Assembly: GCA_010909165.1 (NCBI GenBank)
Contig: MU008155.1
Coordinates: 1,612,001-1,676,000, forward strand
DNA length: 64,000 nucleotides
Reading direction: 5' to 3'
From: Anthoceros angustus
Taxonomy: Eukaryota; Plantae; Anthocerotophyta
Both the position numbers and the translations under genes were made by a program. Position 1 is the stretch's first letter. The number at the start of each line of letters is the position of its first letter. Below, in pieces: positions 24,297 through 36,899 of this stretch. The notes under the pieces were generated by a model. The model worked only from the letters and a program-made list of their open reading frames with translations, was not told where the DNA came from and searched no databases.

Positions 24297-27200
24297 ATGG
24301 CCTCGCAGCGCCTGAACCCAGCAGCCGCGACCTTGGCAGGCTCGCCGCATTTTGCTTCTCGTTTCTCCTCCTCCAGTGAACTGGCTCAACAAGCTGCGAG
24401 GGCAGCAGCTCACTTCCCCGTCTTGAGACGCTCCTTACGTCAGCGGGCTGCTACATCCCCGGTAGGAGTGCAGGGCCAGCATCATGCCAGACAATTCCCA
24501 TGGCTTCTTGGAGGCAATTGTGGCTCGGATCGCTTCCGGGTCGGCCATACTTTCCAGAGGCAGCCTCTGGATGTCTCTGTCAAGGCTTCATCGGTGGAGC
24601 GGGAGGATGGCAGCAATGACATCGGTCGTGATCAGGTGAGAATCAGTGTGTGATGCCCTCTGCTGCCATATCTTCAATTTCCCCCCTCGGGAGCAGCCAA
24701 TGTGTGGCCTTTTTGTGTGGATAGGATGATTAAGACATGTGCTGTCGCTGAATTATGCACACCAAATTGGCTACCAGCTGAATGGACGTTGTCCCCTCCA
24801 CTCTTTGCTTCGGAGTGGGTATGTAGTGGAGCCGCGTGTAGGCTGCAATGGATGGTGAAAAATGGGAGAAGTGCGTGACTTGCCCGCTCTCTGTACAAAG
24901 TGGTCACTGGTGTCTGCCGTCGAACGAAGAGCTGACCACCAAGTGTGTACATGTTTTGATTCACAGGAGATGGAGTCTGCCGAGGGAACCTGTGATCCCT
25001 TATGTTCTGTGGATGAGATGAGTTCACTGCAATTTGAGGCCAACTATAAACCAAAGACTGATTTCCTAAAAGCCATTGCTATTGGTGTGGGAATTCTTGG
25101 AGGAGCAGCTATCATAAATCACTCGTGGGTTGCCGAGAACCAGGTATAATGTGGCTTTGAGTTGTATTGGACTGGACAAAGTTCTAAGGCTAGCTGATTT
25201 TGAAGGATGTCCTGCCTCATGAAATGGTCTTACCTTGCTCACTTACTTACTTTGTGCACCACAGAACCTGGCAATGGCCATAGTATTCTGCGCTGGATAT
25301 GCTGGGATCATTTTTGAGGAGTCATTGGTATTCAACAAAAGTGGGGTGGGACTGCTCATGGCAGTGACGCTTTGGGTTATCCGAAGCCTTGGGGTAAGCC
25401 ACTTCAGTTATCTATTGTGTGATACTATCGGGATTCATGGGTGAACATGGGTATGGAGAGCTATGCATGCTGATACTGTCATTTGTAACTGATCCATAGC
25501 AGTGGCTTACAGGCTTCATCACCTGAAGAAGCAGTACAGCAGTTGTCTGATTCGTCAGAGGAAGTCAGTGAGATTGTGTTTTTTCTGTTGGGTGCAATGA
25601 CAATTGTGGAGATCGTTGATGCACATCAAGGTTTCAAGTTGGTGACCGATGCCATCACAACGCGAAAACCTCGTATGCTGCTTTGGGTGGTAGGGTGCGC
25701 TTCTCTCCTCTTCCTTTATATTTGAGGATGGCTGTGTCCACGTGGACATGCTTTACACGCCCGTGACAAGTTCCCTTCCAAGTTCCATCATCTATTGTCG
25801 AATCTGACGTTTCTTGCCTGAAATTTCTGCATGCGTGTGATGCTCGTGCTCTTGTCTGATTGTGCAGGTGGGTGGAATAACATTCTTCCTTAGTTCTGTC
25901 TTGGATAATCTCACATCAACTATTGTTATGGTTTCTCTGCTTCGAAAGCTTGTCCCCAATCCAGAGCGCAGAAAGTATGTGGCCCTCATGCAGTTGTTCA
26001 TGACTTTTAGCATTAGTTTGTCATCCTGGAATGAGATCTATCGACGGAACTTTGGGACCTCACATGATGGGCATCGGATTTGCATGCAGATTTTTGGGTG
26101 CCGTCGTTGTCATTGCTGCAAATGCTGGCGGAGCTTGGACACCCATTGGGGATGTGACAACTACAATGCTTTGGATTCATGGGCAGATCTCAACTGTACA
26201 AACTATGCAGGTACTGGGTGTTGCATGGTTGTGGTCTGCCTTTGTACAACAATTTTGCCATCAGTTTCTTTGCTTTGCAACTCATCCAACGATTCCTTGC
26301 TGTTTGGTGTATTTCACAGGACCTTTTCATTCCTTCTGCACTCGCCTTGGTGGTGCCACTTGCTTTGATGTCTTTTACAAGGTATGAAACCTTGGCTGAC
26401 GTTGATTGCCAATGCCACAAGCGCGTCAAGTGTGAAACGTGCCGCTGGATTTTATGTTTGCTGTAGCCGCTGCCCGTATGCCGTGTCATCTTGCTTACAA
26501 AGTGTGATATTATGATGTATCTAGTGAAGTTGAAGGGAGTCAGGACGCACGCCCAGTGTTGTCAACAGAATCACTGGCACCAAGGGGGCAGCTGGTGTTT
26601 GCGGTGGGCGTAGCTGCGCTGCTGTTCGTCCCTGTATTCAAAGGTTTAACAGGGCTGCCACCGTATCTCGGCATGCTCCTGGGTCTTGGTGCACTCTGGC
26701 TCTTGACTGATGCAATCCACTATGGCGAATCTGACCGGCAGAAGTTGAAGGTTCCTCAAGCTCTCTCCAGGATCGATACCCAGGGTGTGCTGTTCTTCCT
26801 GGGTATACTGCTTTCTGTTGGCAGGTCAGTTGTGGCCCTCATGACCATGCTCTGGTGCTTGGTCTTGGTACCGGGCTTGCTACCAAGCATCTGACTTGGC
26901 TGTTGCTGCCTCACAGCTTGCAGTCTGCAGGACTTCTGACACAGTTGGCCAACTTCCTGGATGAGCATATACACAGCACGGAACTGATTGCTAGCTCCAT
27001 CGGCCTCGCATCAGCTGTTGTGGACAACGTGCCGCTGGTTGCTGCGACCATGGGAATGTACGACATGACCACTTTCCCACAGGACGCCGAACTTTGGCAG
27101 CTCATTGCCTATTGTGCAGGCACAGGGGGATCGATTCTAATAATCGGATCCGCTGCCGGAGTAGCATTCATGGGCATGGAGAAAGCTGATTTCTTTTGGT

Positions 27201-27421
27201 ACCTCCGAAAGGTAGGCCCTTGTTCCGTTAAGGGGTCTCTCTTCAAGAACCTTGATTTTTCGCTTTACATGTATCCTTACTTCCTACATACATGTCTACA
27301 GGTGAGTGGCTTCGCTCTAGCTGGGTATGTCGCGGGGATCGGAGCCTATCTGGCCATGCACCAACTCCAGGCCCCTGTCATGGGTTTCCTCAGTCACATC
27401 CCACTCATATCAGGCTCATAG
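24297..27421 (+). CDS. NHD1: Plastid NhaD-type Na+/H+ antiporter
   Basis: A transit-peptide-like exon is followed by EEVSEIVFFLLGAMTIVEIVDAHQGF, FFLSSVLDNLTSTIVMVSLLRKL, ANAGGAWTPIGDVTTTMLW, SAVVDNVPLVAATMGMY and GTGGSILIIGSAAGVAFMGME. Confidence 0.94.
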
Positions 27422-27945
27422 CACCTACATTTCGTAGAAGACCGGCACTGCCAGACCCAGCAGCATCCTGTCTCACTATGGACTGCAAACCACGAAGACG
27501 CCTTGTTATTCGTGAAGATAGCATGCATATTGAGATACGAATTCTCATCCCCTGCACTATTGGCAGGCCTGCATGATTACAAGCGGCCACAACCTGTACT
27601 TCAGTCGCAGAGATAAAACGAGCGTCGTCCCGACACGGGGCAGAAAAAATGTTCGTGGACTGCAATCACTCTCCGGCGAACAACCGCGTCTGGCGCGTGG
27701 GAACCGTGACCGTGCAGACAGTCCAAAGCCCATACGGTTGCCAACTGATTCCATTGCTGCTTGCTTGCAGGTTTGTTCGTCACCATGTCGCCCGCGAGCT
27801 TATCGTGCGCGTCGCAATTGCGATGCACAAGATTACTTCTCGTCTGCGCTTCAAGCTCCACCAGCTTCACGAAAAGACAAGCTTCGAGGAAAGGTAACGA
27901 GGGCGAAGCAGCTCAGGACTGCACTCAAGACACCATGCCGTTTCC

Positions 27946-30587
27946 ATGGCCGCTGCTGCGATGACGGCGATGGGGGAGAAATCCATGAGGGGGATCCGGA
28001 TGGACGGCCTCCTGCTGCGGATCCTGTTCGTCACCCTGTGCTTCTTCGGCATCAATTTCCTCTCCACTTACGTGTCCGTGGCCCAGGTGACCTTGGCTGT
28101 GCCCGGGGGCGCCGCCTTCGACCTCTCCATTCCCAGTTTCTCGACGTCGTGGCACAGGATTTCCTCTGCTGCCGCTGCTGCTGGAGCTGCGGCTGGTGAT
28201 GGCGATGGTGATGGCGATGGTGATGGCGATGGTGATGGCCAGCATTCGGTTTCCTGGGGGGACCGGGGGTTGAGCAGGCAGACCTCCCTGCGGATGTACG
28301 TGCTCTCGACCGCGTTCACCAGCACGCAGCTGGTGGGAGTGTTCCGGAATCTGTGCTACAATGGAAGCCACGTCCTGACCATCGGCCCGAGCGTGGCCTG
28401 CGAGGAGGACGGTCTGGAGCCGACTCATGGTCTTCCGGCGTACTCGCCTCTCCGTCGCCAGGCTTGCAACGACTCCGAGCGGCTGGCAACGTACCAGGGG
28501 ATGCTCGCGAGAGAACGGCTTGCCGTTCGACGCCAGAGACGAGGACTGGTTTTTCAGCAGAAGCGGCAATATCACCTGGGAGACAGGGCTTTCCTCCTTC
28601 ATCTACCTGGACAGGTCCACCATAAACTGCGCGCACTTCCTCGGCAAGGTGAATGCCATCTTGCTCACGAACGGGCGACCATTCCCACATTCAGAGGTGT
28701 TGTGAGTCGGTTCTATTTCGTACTGCACCCTTGCGTAGAGAGCAGCAGTGGTGCCTGGGGCGCCGCCTTCGACCTCTCCATTCCCAGTTTCTCGACGTCG
28801 TGGCACAGGATTTCCTCTGCTGCCGCTGCTGCTGGAGCTGCGGCTGGTGATGGCGATGGTGATGGCGATGGTGATGGCGATGGTGATGGCGATGGTGATG
28901 GCCAGCATTCGGTTTCCTGGGGGGACCGGGGGTTGAGCAGGCAGACCTCCCTGCGGATGTACGTGCTCTCGACCGCGTTCACCAGCACGCAGCTGGTGGG
29001 AGTGTTCCGGAATCTGTGCTACAATGGAAGCCACGTCCTGACCATCGGCCCGAGCGTGGCCTGCGAGGAGGACGGTCTGGAGCCGACTCATGGTCTTCCG
29101 GCGTACTCGCCTCTCCGTCGCCAGGCTTGCAACGACTCCGAGCGGCTGGCAACGTACCAGGGGATGCTCGCGAGAGAGAACGGCTTGCCGTTCGACGCCA
29201 GAGACGAGGACTGGTTTTTCAGCAGAAGCGGCAATATCACCTGGGAGACAGGGCTTTCCTCCTTCATCTACCTGGACAGGTCCACCATAAACTGCGCGCA
29301 CTTCCTCGGCAAGGTGAATGCCATCTTGCTCACGAACGGGGCGACCATTCCCACATTCAGAGGTGTTGTGAGTCGGTTCTATTTCGTACTGCACCCCTTG
29401 CGTAGAGAGCAGCAGTGGGTGCCTGGGCGGGGCAATGACGACGGTTTCCTTCCCACGTACCTGGCGGGGGCTCTCAACAGAGTGCTCTCGCCGTTTTCTG
29501 ATGTGAAGGAGCTTCGCAGCTCAGACCTCCTGGCCAGCGCTGACGAGCTCGGAATTGTTGCAGCTCGAGGCAGAGTGCGTTTGGATAGCCAGCCCTTCAT
29601 GCAGGCTTCGGAGGACAGCCCCCTCTGCTTCGATCAGGCTCTTGTTCCAGGAGTCCTCAAGGTGACGCGTCAATGCGTCTCTAGCCCTAAAGAACCGATT
29701 TGGTGTTGTGGTCGTTGTGATTGACACGGCTTGCAAATAACATCTGTTGTTTGTTGTGCATGTTCTAGGAGGGGCTTTATCCTTCAGGCAAGCCGGTACC
29801 ACAGATCGTGAGACAGCACTTCAGGACATGGCTGGACATCCAGTTGGGGGAGAAGGAAGCCCCGGTGCTGGCCTACATCAGGAGAGACGGGCGGCGCAGG
29901 GTCTTCATCCAAGAATCCGAGCAGCTCTTTACGCAGCTTCTCCAGACCACGGAGGGCTTCGCATTCCGGAGCATCAGCTTCAGCAACATGAGCTTCCGCG
30001 AGCAGTTCAGGCTGGCGCAGGAGGCGGACGTGAGCATTTCGCTGCACGGCGCGAACCTGGTAAACCCGTCTATGCTGTCGCGGGGCGGCTCCATCCTCAT
30101 CGAGCTGCACCCGTTCCGCGCCCTCCACCGGATGTACGAGACGCAAGCTCTCCAGTCCGGGCTCATCTACTTCGGCCATCAGCTGGACCAGGCCACCCCG
30201 CAGAAGCTCGACAAGAAGTTCCATGGCCTCTCGTACCCGCAATGCATGGCCAAGGCTCCGGAGTGCAAGGAGAACTTCCTCCACCGCAGGAACGTGGAGC
30301 TCACCGAGGACGACTTGCTGCAGATCCAGACCGTGCTGGCCATCGCCCGCCGCATCTACTGGGAGCTCACCCTAAACGGCGTCACTGCAGACGCCAGCCC
30401 GCAGCTCTTCGCGCCTCGGTTGCTGCAGATTGTGCGGGAGGAGGCGGACATGGACACCAGCTGTGCACCCTACCTCACTGCCAAGGACGATCTGTGCCGC
30501 AACACATGGGTGGCCTTCTCGGACCAGCAAGGATCTCTGCATATTTGTTACATCAGCAAACGGTGCCAATTGCCTTGGACATCATAA
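27946..30587 (+). CDS. GT61 (DUF563)-like type II membrane glycosyltransferase, paralog 1, with internal tandem duplication
   Basis: Exons 27946-29661 and 29769-30587 (phase-0 intron after PGVLK). N-terminal TM segment LLLRILFVTLCFFGINFL; motifs NCAHFLGK and SFREQFRLAQEADVSISLHGANLVN. Confidence 0.7.
28100..29427 (+). repeat. Intragenic direct tandem duplication (~651 bp + ~668 bp)
   Basis: 28100-28750 is repeated at 28751-29418. Differences are only small indels and one extra 12-bp GGTGATGGCGAT unit. GTGCC(C/T)GGG microhomology lies at the junction. Confidence 0.95.
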
Positions 30588-30646
30588 CAACACGATATGA
30601 CCTACTGGTTTTATCGCCTTTGTATCATTTTCTGATATTTAGTGAA

Positions 30647-30680
30647 ACCGACGCGTCACCAAATTTGGTGACGCGTCGGT
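30647..30680. repeat. Perfect 34-bp palindrome
   Basis: ACCGACGCGTCACCAAATTTGGTGACGCGTCGGT equals its own reverse complement. Confidence 0.95.
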
Positions 30681-30757
30681 AGTGTTCTGCTCATAACATA
30701 TTTTGGAAGCACGGCCTTTTCGGGCCTTCGGGAACCCAACGACTATCCATAAACCCC

Positions 30758-30900
30758 AAAAACCCCTGAGTAGTGCTCTATCCACCACTCTCCCATTCCA
30801 AACCCCCAAGTACTGCTCTTTCTACCACTCTGCCATGCCAAGCCCCCAAGTACTGCTCTTTCTACCAATCTGCTATGCCAAACCCCCAAGTACTGCTCTT
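30758..30900. repeat. 40-bp tandem repeat, about 3.5 copies
   Basis: Unit CCAAACCCCCAAGTACTGCTCTTTCTACCACTCTGCCATG. Confidence 0.85.
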
Positions 30901-31269
30901 TTTTCATAAACAAAGCGATCATTACACTCAAGTTTTTTTTATAATTAAAATAACAATAACACTCACAAAGCCATGATAACACTCAAGTTTGTCTATAAAC
31001 AAAGCTATTATGAGACGCATACCATATAGTTACATACCTTGTCCCTGGCCGCGCTACAAGACACCGTTGTTCGTCACGCGAGCAGAAAAGGCCAAATTGT
31101 AGCGAGCTCAAAGGTCAGAATCCTGTCCGTAGCGAGCTCAAAGCGTGATTTGGATGAGCTGCGGAATTGGGTGCACGAGGGGCACGCAATCACGGAGCTC
31201 TATACATCGAAGCCACCATGGTGATAGAAATTTGTGTGTGGTAGATCTAGCATGGGAATTCGCACTCCA

Positions 31270-33592
31270 ATGGCGGGAGGGGAAGGCGCCGGGCCTCGCT
31301 CGGCTCCGGCTCCAGATCTGCACATCAAAATGAAGCGCAAGCAGGTCAAGGAGGCAGGGATTCGCCGGCTGGCGACGCTTGGGAGGCTCGGTGCACCGGG
31401 CGGGAAGAAGGTGCGGACCTTCGGGAAGGTCATGCTTGTCATATTTTGCTTCTTCTCCCTCGACTTCCTCTTCTCCTATTTCTCCGTCTCCTTGATGACC
31501 ACGCGGAGACAGGACGGCGCCTTAGTCGACGCCTTAGGCTACTCCTCCCTGCTGGACAGCACCACATTTCTAACGCGATCGCTGCACCAGAAGCGTGGAT
31601 TCGGAGCCGAATCCAAGCAGGTGCAAGCCACAGCGTCGGAGTCGGAGTCAGAGTCGGAGTCGGAGTTGGAGTCGGTGGAGAAGCCCGGGTTGAGCGATGC
31701 GGTCGGGGCCGGACCAAAGCAGGTGCAGGCCACAGAGGTGGAGTCCCAGTCCGGTGACTCGAAAGACGGAGATAGAAGTGCGGAATCGAAGCTGGTGCTG
31801 CCGATGGACGTCAGTGTGGTTGAGGCTGATCCGGTTGGCGGGAGCGGCGGTCGGAAGAGGCAGCAGGTGTCGACGGTGTCGGAGACGGAGGCCTTGGCGG
31901 ACCGCAAGGTGAGCCGGCAGACCAGGATGCGGTTTTACGAGTTGAAGGATATGCTCGGCATCAGCAAGCCGCAGGTACTGGCGCAGTACGAAAATCTGTG
32001 CTTCAATGGGAGCCACCTTGTGACAATCGGCGACAGCGTGATCTGCGAGCAGGACGCCGATCCCGATCCGACAGCCTTTCCTCACTGCGCACTCCGGCCC
32101 GAGCGATGCAACGACACGCGCAGGCTGGAGTTGTTGCAAGAGCTGCGGACGAGTGAGCACGGCCTGCCTTTCGGCGCCAGGGACGAGGCCTGGTTCTTCC
32201 GTAGAGCCGAAACACAGAGCTTAGTGTGGGAGCGGGGAACCACCTCCTTCATCTACCTGGACCGGTCCACAGCAAATTGCGCTCACTTCACCAGCAAGAT
32301 CAACATCCTCCTCCTCTTCAACCGGGCGGCTATGGACGTCCCTGCCTTCCAGAACGAGCCTGTCGACCGCCTCTACTTCGTGCTTCATCCGGAACGTCGT
32401 CTTGCCCAGTGGCAGCCGACGCGGTTCCTGGAGCGGGGCTTTCTGGCCTCGTACCTTCCGGTGGTGCTGAACAGAGTTCTCGCGCCTTTCAAGGTCGGCG
32501 AAATCCGAGCGCGCGATCTCCTGAGCCGTGAGCCGATCGTGGCGGGTGAAGGTAGGGTGAAGATGGACGGCTTCCCCTTCCTCGGCGCCTCGGAAGACAG
32601 GCCGCTCTGCTTCCAGCGGGCCGTGGTGCCGGGCATCCTCAAGGTGAGTTTTAGGTCAGGTCCCTTTCGACTACAACCTCACCCGTGAAGGTGTCGCTGT
32701 GATGATTGTGGCGCCCTCACGATCGGAATCCACCGCCATGCAGGACAGTCATTACCCGGGGCACACGAGATTCGTCCCCGACATGATGCGGGAGCACTTG
32801 GCGGAGTTGCTGCAGGTTGAAGCGGGCAAGGGCAAGTCGAATGGCAGCAGCGGCAGCCCGCCTGTGGTTGCGTACATCCGGCGGGAGGGGAGGCGTCGGG
32901 TGTTCGTCACGGCGTCGGAGCGGCAGCTTGGGGCGGTTCTGAGGGAGATGCAAGACGTGACGGTCCGCACGGTGAGCTTCAGCAAAATGAGCTTCCGGGA
33001 GCAGTTCACGCAGGCGCAGGAGGCGGATATCACCATCTCCCTGCACGGCGCCAACCTGGTGAACCCGACGATGTTCGGGCGCCGGAACTCTGTCGTCATC
33101 GAGATGCTGCCCTACCGCGTCATGCACCGGATGTACGAGACGCAGTCCATCCACTCCGGCCTCATCTACATGGGACACCAGCTGGAGCAGGCGACGCCGC
33201 AGGAGCGCGACGACGGCGAGTTCAGCGGCCTCACCTTCGCCCGCTGCATGTTCCACCCCGCGTGCAAGTACTACTTCGTGCACACGCGCAACGTGGAGCT
33301 CACGCCCGAGGACCTGCTCCACATCCAGTCCCTCCTGGCCACATCCCGCCGCCTCCACCTTGACCTCATCCGCAAGGGCGTCGCGCCGGATTCCTCCGCC
33401 CGCTTCGAGCACCACCTGGTTCAAATTCTCAAGGAGGAGACAGGCGTGCAGGTTGCGTGCGGCCCCTACCGGAATTTGAAGAACGACACTTGCCGCAACA
33501 CATGGGTCGGCTTCGCGGACAATCAAGGCCTCCCCAGGCTCTGTTACGTGGCTTCGCGCTGCATCTCTTCCAACTCCACCGCCACCAGCTGA
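31270..33592 (+). CDS. GT61-like glycosyltransferase, paralog 2
   Basis: Exons 31270 (or 31330)-32643 and 32744-33592; phase-0 intron after PGILK. TM segment VMLVIFCFFSLDFLFSYF; motifs NCAHFTSK and HGANLVN. Confidence 0.72.
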
Positions 33593-33868
33593 CACCAGAG
33601 CGTGCCTTCTCTCGCGCAGCGCGCGCTTGCAATTTTCTTTGCTTCCGATGCACCGCAGGGGTCTGCAAGCTCCAGCGCTGTCTTACGTCCGGGTCCTCCC
33701 TAAGCTCCAGGTCAGGATCCAACACCACATATCCAATTCCTTCATCAATCCGGCGCTGTGTGATTCGTTTCTGTCTTGAAAATTTCTCGACTTCATGCCG
33801 GCCGGCGTGCCGAGGACAAGTCTAACTGACAAAGGGAATGAGTGACTGACGCAATTCGTCGGGTTGCA

Positions 33869-34356
33869 GTGCGATGTGGCCTGGATTGTCGACGTATGTA
33901 CATAATCCGAAGGGGGCTAGGTTTTGGGCGCCCTTTGGTCGGAAAAGTTATTTTTTTAAAAGTGAAATCTTAACATGTATCCAAATAATTTTAAGGTTTT
34001 CAAAAAAAAAGTTTTCTTGAATTGGGTATTTTCCTTTCCACTTGACCAGTAGGAGAGGGAATGTGGCCACGTGCCACCACCCCAGGCGAGCGTTTGCCCT
34101 TTCGGCGGGGAAAGGAGACTTGATGAGTATGGTGGGGTAGCCGCCTCCATTCTGGTTAGCACCTCGCACTTTCTATTGGTTAATAACATGGTAACGGCAC
34201 CTACAAGTACTAGAAGAGATACTAAGGGTGAGAATGCTGTCACTAAAACAGACCACACAAATAAATGTAACAAGTGCGATGATGGCCTGGGTTGTCGGAC
34301 GTATTTCAAGATTTCAATTTTAAAAAAAGTGACTTTCCAACCAAAGGGCGCCCCAC
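33869..34356. repeat. Small non-autonomous element with ~55-bp imperfect inverted repeats
   Basis: GGGCGCCCTTTGGTCGGAAAAGTTATTTTTTTAAAAGTGAAATCTT at ~33925 pairs with the reverse complement at ~34305-34354. A ~30-bp direct repeat (GTGCGATG..TGGCCTGG.TTGTCG.ACGTAT) lies at ~33869 and ~34274. Confidence 0.55.
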
Positions 34357-35232
34357 CCTCATCTGTGTGCGCCCAGCTTCACAACTCCGGTTTGCAGCCT
34401 GAGATGTTAGTATTAGGCCCTCGTCGAGGCGCGCACCTACAGCTAAATTCATCTGCAGACAAGGACAAATCGCAAACCCAATGCATCTGTTGCACATGCA
34501 GTTTTGATAAAGCAAAACAAAAAACTGCCTGCACTGACCATTGCGTGTGTATGTCCATATAGAAACTGAAGATGTTCCTCACGAAGTCACAGGCCCTCGA
34601 GCTCCATTAACATCAGACTCCAGACTTGTGCTAGCCTTCCGTATGCTGCCCCCCATCCCAGTTTATCCTCCTAGGTCACCTCCAGATACTTGGCCAATGG
34701 AAAAACTCCATAGAGGTCCGATACGTGTTGATCCTTACCATCATCCAGATGTGAGAAATGACCAGAGACACTTTGAGGAGGACAGAGAAAAGATCCGGGG
34801 AGTGATCAGAAGAACAATTGCCTGCCTAGAGTAGGACATACAAGACCTACACTCACTGGATTCACAGTGGGAAGAGTGGATACTGCATGAAGCATCTTCA
34901 AAAGGTAAATATGCAAAAAGTGGCTTAAAAAATAACTAAAGAGAATCTGCACTAGTTTTTTTGAGTTTAGATCCTAACCCTTAGATCTATTACTTGTCAG
35001 TTCATGATAAGATTATACTGTATGCTTCATCCACTGAGCTAACCTGTACTTGTGCAGACAACTTAACAAGAAAAACTTTGCACTGATCATGGACGCCTTG
35101 AAACGTGTAAACAGACTTAGGTGGTGAAAACTAACGAGCTAAGGAGTTAGCAGCTAGTAAAACTCTAGACTAAAAAACTTGTGAAATTTTGTCAGAGGCC
35201 ATCTAGGTGGTCCAAGTAGTAAGGCTATTAAA

Positions 35233-36456
35233 TTAGAAATGGAACTCTCTAAGACCTGGAGATTCTAGGTGCTTAAAGTGCTTAATTTTAGGAAGAGCCT
35301 TAGTTAAAATATCAGCAATGTTATCTTTTGTGCTGATGTACTTAAGCTTTATTATTCCTCTCTTTGCAACATTCCGGATGTAATGGTGGTAGAGCTCTAT
35401 ATGTTTAGTCCTAGCATGGAACCTAGGGTTAGCAACTAAAGCTATAGCACCCATGTTGTCACAAAACAAATTAGTAGGATCAGTTTGTGACTGATTTACA
35501 GAATCAAGGAATTGATGCTCCCACTCTACCTACTTGCAGGCATCTGTCAGGGCTTTGTACTCGGCTTCAGTAAAAGACAAAGCAAGAGAAGCTTGTTTCT
35601 TGCAACTCCAACTAACGGATCCAAAGGCTGCAAGGAAACAATAAGCTGAAAGACTCTTTCTAGTGTCAGCATTTGAAGGTTAGTCAGTATCTGCAAAGGA
35701 GGTAAGTCGTAGTGACTTGCTCCCAATTGTTGAATACTGTAAACCATAGGAAATAGTGCCCTTTACATAGCGATAGATAAGCTTAACAGTTGTCCAGTAT
35801 GCTCATCCATGTTGCTTAAGGAACTGCGATACTATGCTAACGCTGTAGCTTATATCAAGTCGCATCCAGTTGGCCAGGAAAATCAAGCATCCGACAGCCT
35901 CTACATAAGGAACAGATGCTATATGCCATTTTATATTTGCTGCACTTTAAGGAGCTTGCTCAACACTAAGCTTTTCCCCCACTACAGAGGGTGTTGTAAC
36001 AGGTCTGGCCTCATCCATATGCAATCGTTTAAGAATTTCTTTGACGTACTTAGTTTGATGAAGGATAATTTGACCTGCAGTCCTGTGACGCATGATCTGG
36101 ATGCCTAGACAACAGTGTAGATCCCCTTTATCAGTCATTTCAAACTCAGCACGAAGCATAGTCTTAACCTTCTCTAATTGCGGAGTACTATTTCTGAGAA
36201 GGAAGCAATCATCCACATATAGTGCTAGGACAACAAAAAGGCCACCCTGTGAAAGGTAAAACACATTGCTATTTGCTGGGGATTGTAGAAAACCTAGCTT
36301 CTTCAAGTACTTCACAATCCGCTTATACCACGCTCTTGGACTTTGTTTCAAGCCGTAGATAGTCTTGAGCAGCTTGCAGACTTTCCTAGCCCATTTCTTG
36401 TTGATGAAGCCTTCTGATTGCTGCATGTATAAAACTTCTTCTAACTCCCCATGCAA
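35233..36456 (-). mobile_element. Ty1/Copia RT-RNase H fragment
   Basis: LHGELEEVLYMQQSEGF, YGLKQSPRAW, LYVDD and CDNMGAIALVANPRFHARTKHIE...DNIADILTKAL. The fragment is truncated abruptly at 36456. Confidence 0.92.
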
Positions 36457-36899
36457 CAGTGTTTCTCAGCATAGGGGTCTGTCTCCGAACCCCATTTTGG
36501 CCCCCACCATCCAGAAATGCACATGTCTCATTTCACTGTGTTCAGTGATTTGCGAATCCACAGCCCATGCATCCGAGCCCAAAAGAAAACCTAATGTGCC
36601 CACCGTCCCCACAAATGCCGGACACACCTTTGTATCAGGTGGCCGAATGACTGGCGCACTTATGCTCCAAAAAGCTGGAGTGCGCCGGACGTCTGGCGCA
36701 CTTATACTCCAAAGAGGTGTAGTGCACCGGGTTTGGAGAGAGTTGCGTCAATACTTGTGCAGGCAAACACTTTCATTCAAGTTGCCTGCGCACACTTGCC
36801 ACCGCACCAACACTCACATTAATTCTCTTTTCAAACCTCATGATTCAGAGCAATCCCAGACGCAGGCATACCCTGTCTGACCTGCCCCCTCCGTGTCGG

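Noticed and set aside
32717-33595. 292-aa antisense ORF (also 44802-45458, 29784-30284 and 9995-10525)
   Set aside because: These are shadows of high-GC3 coding on the opposite strand or frame, with no independent motifs.
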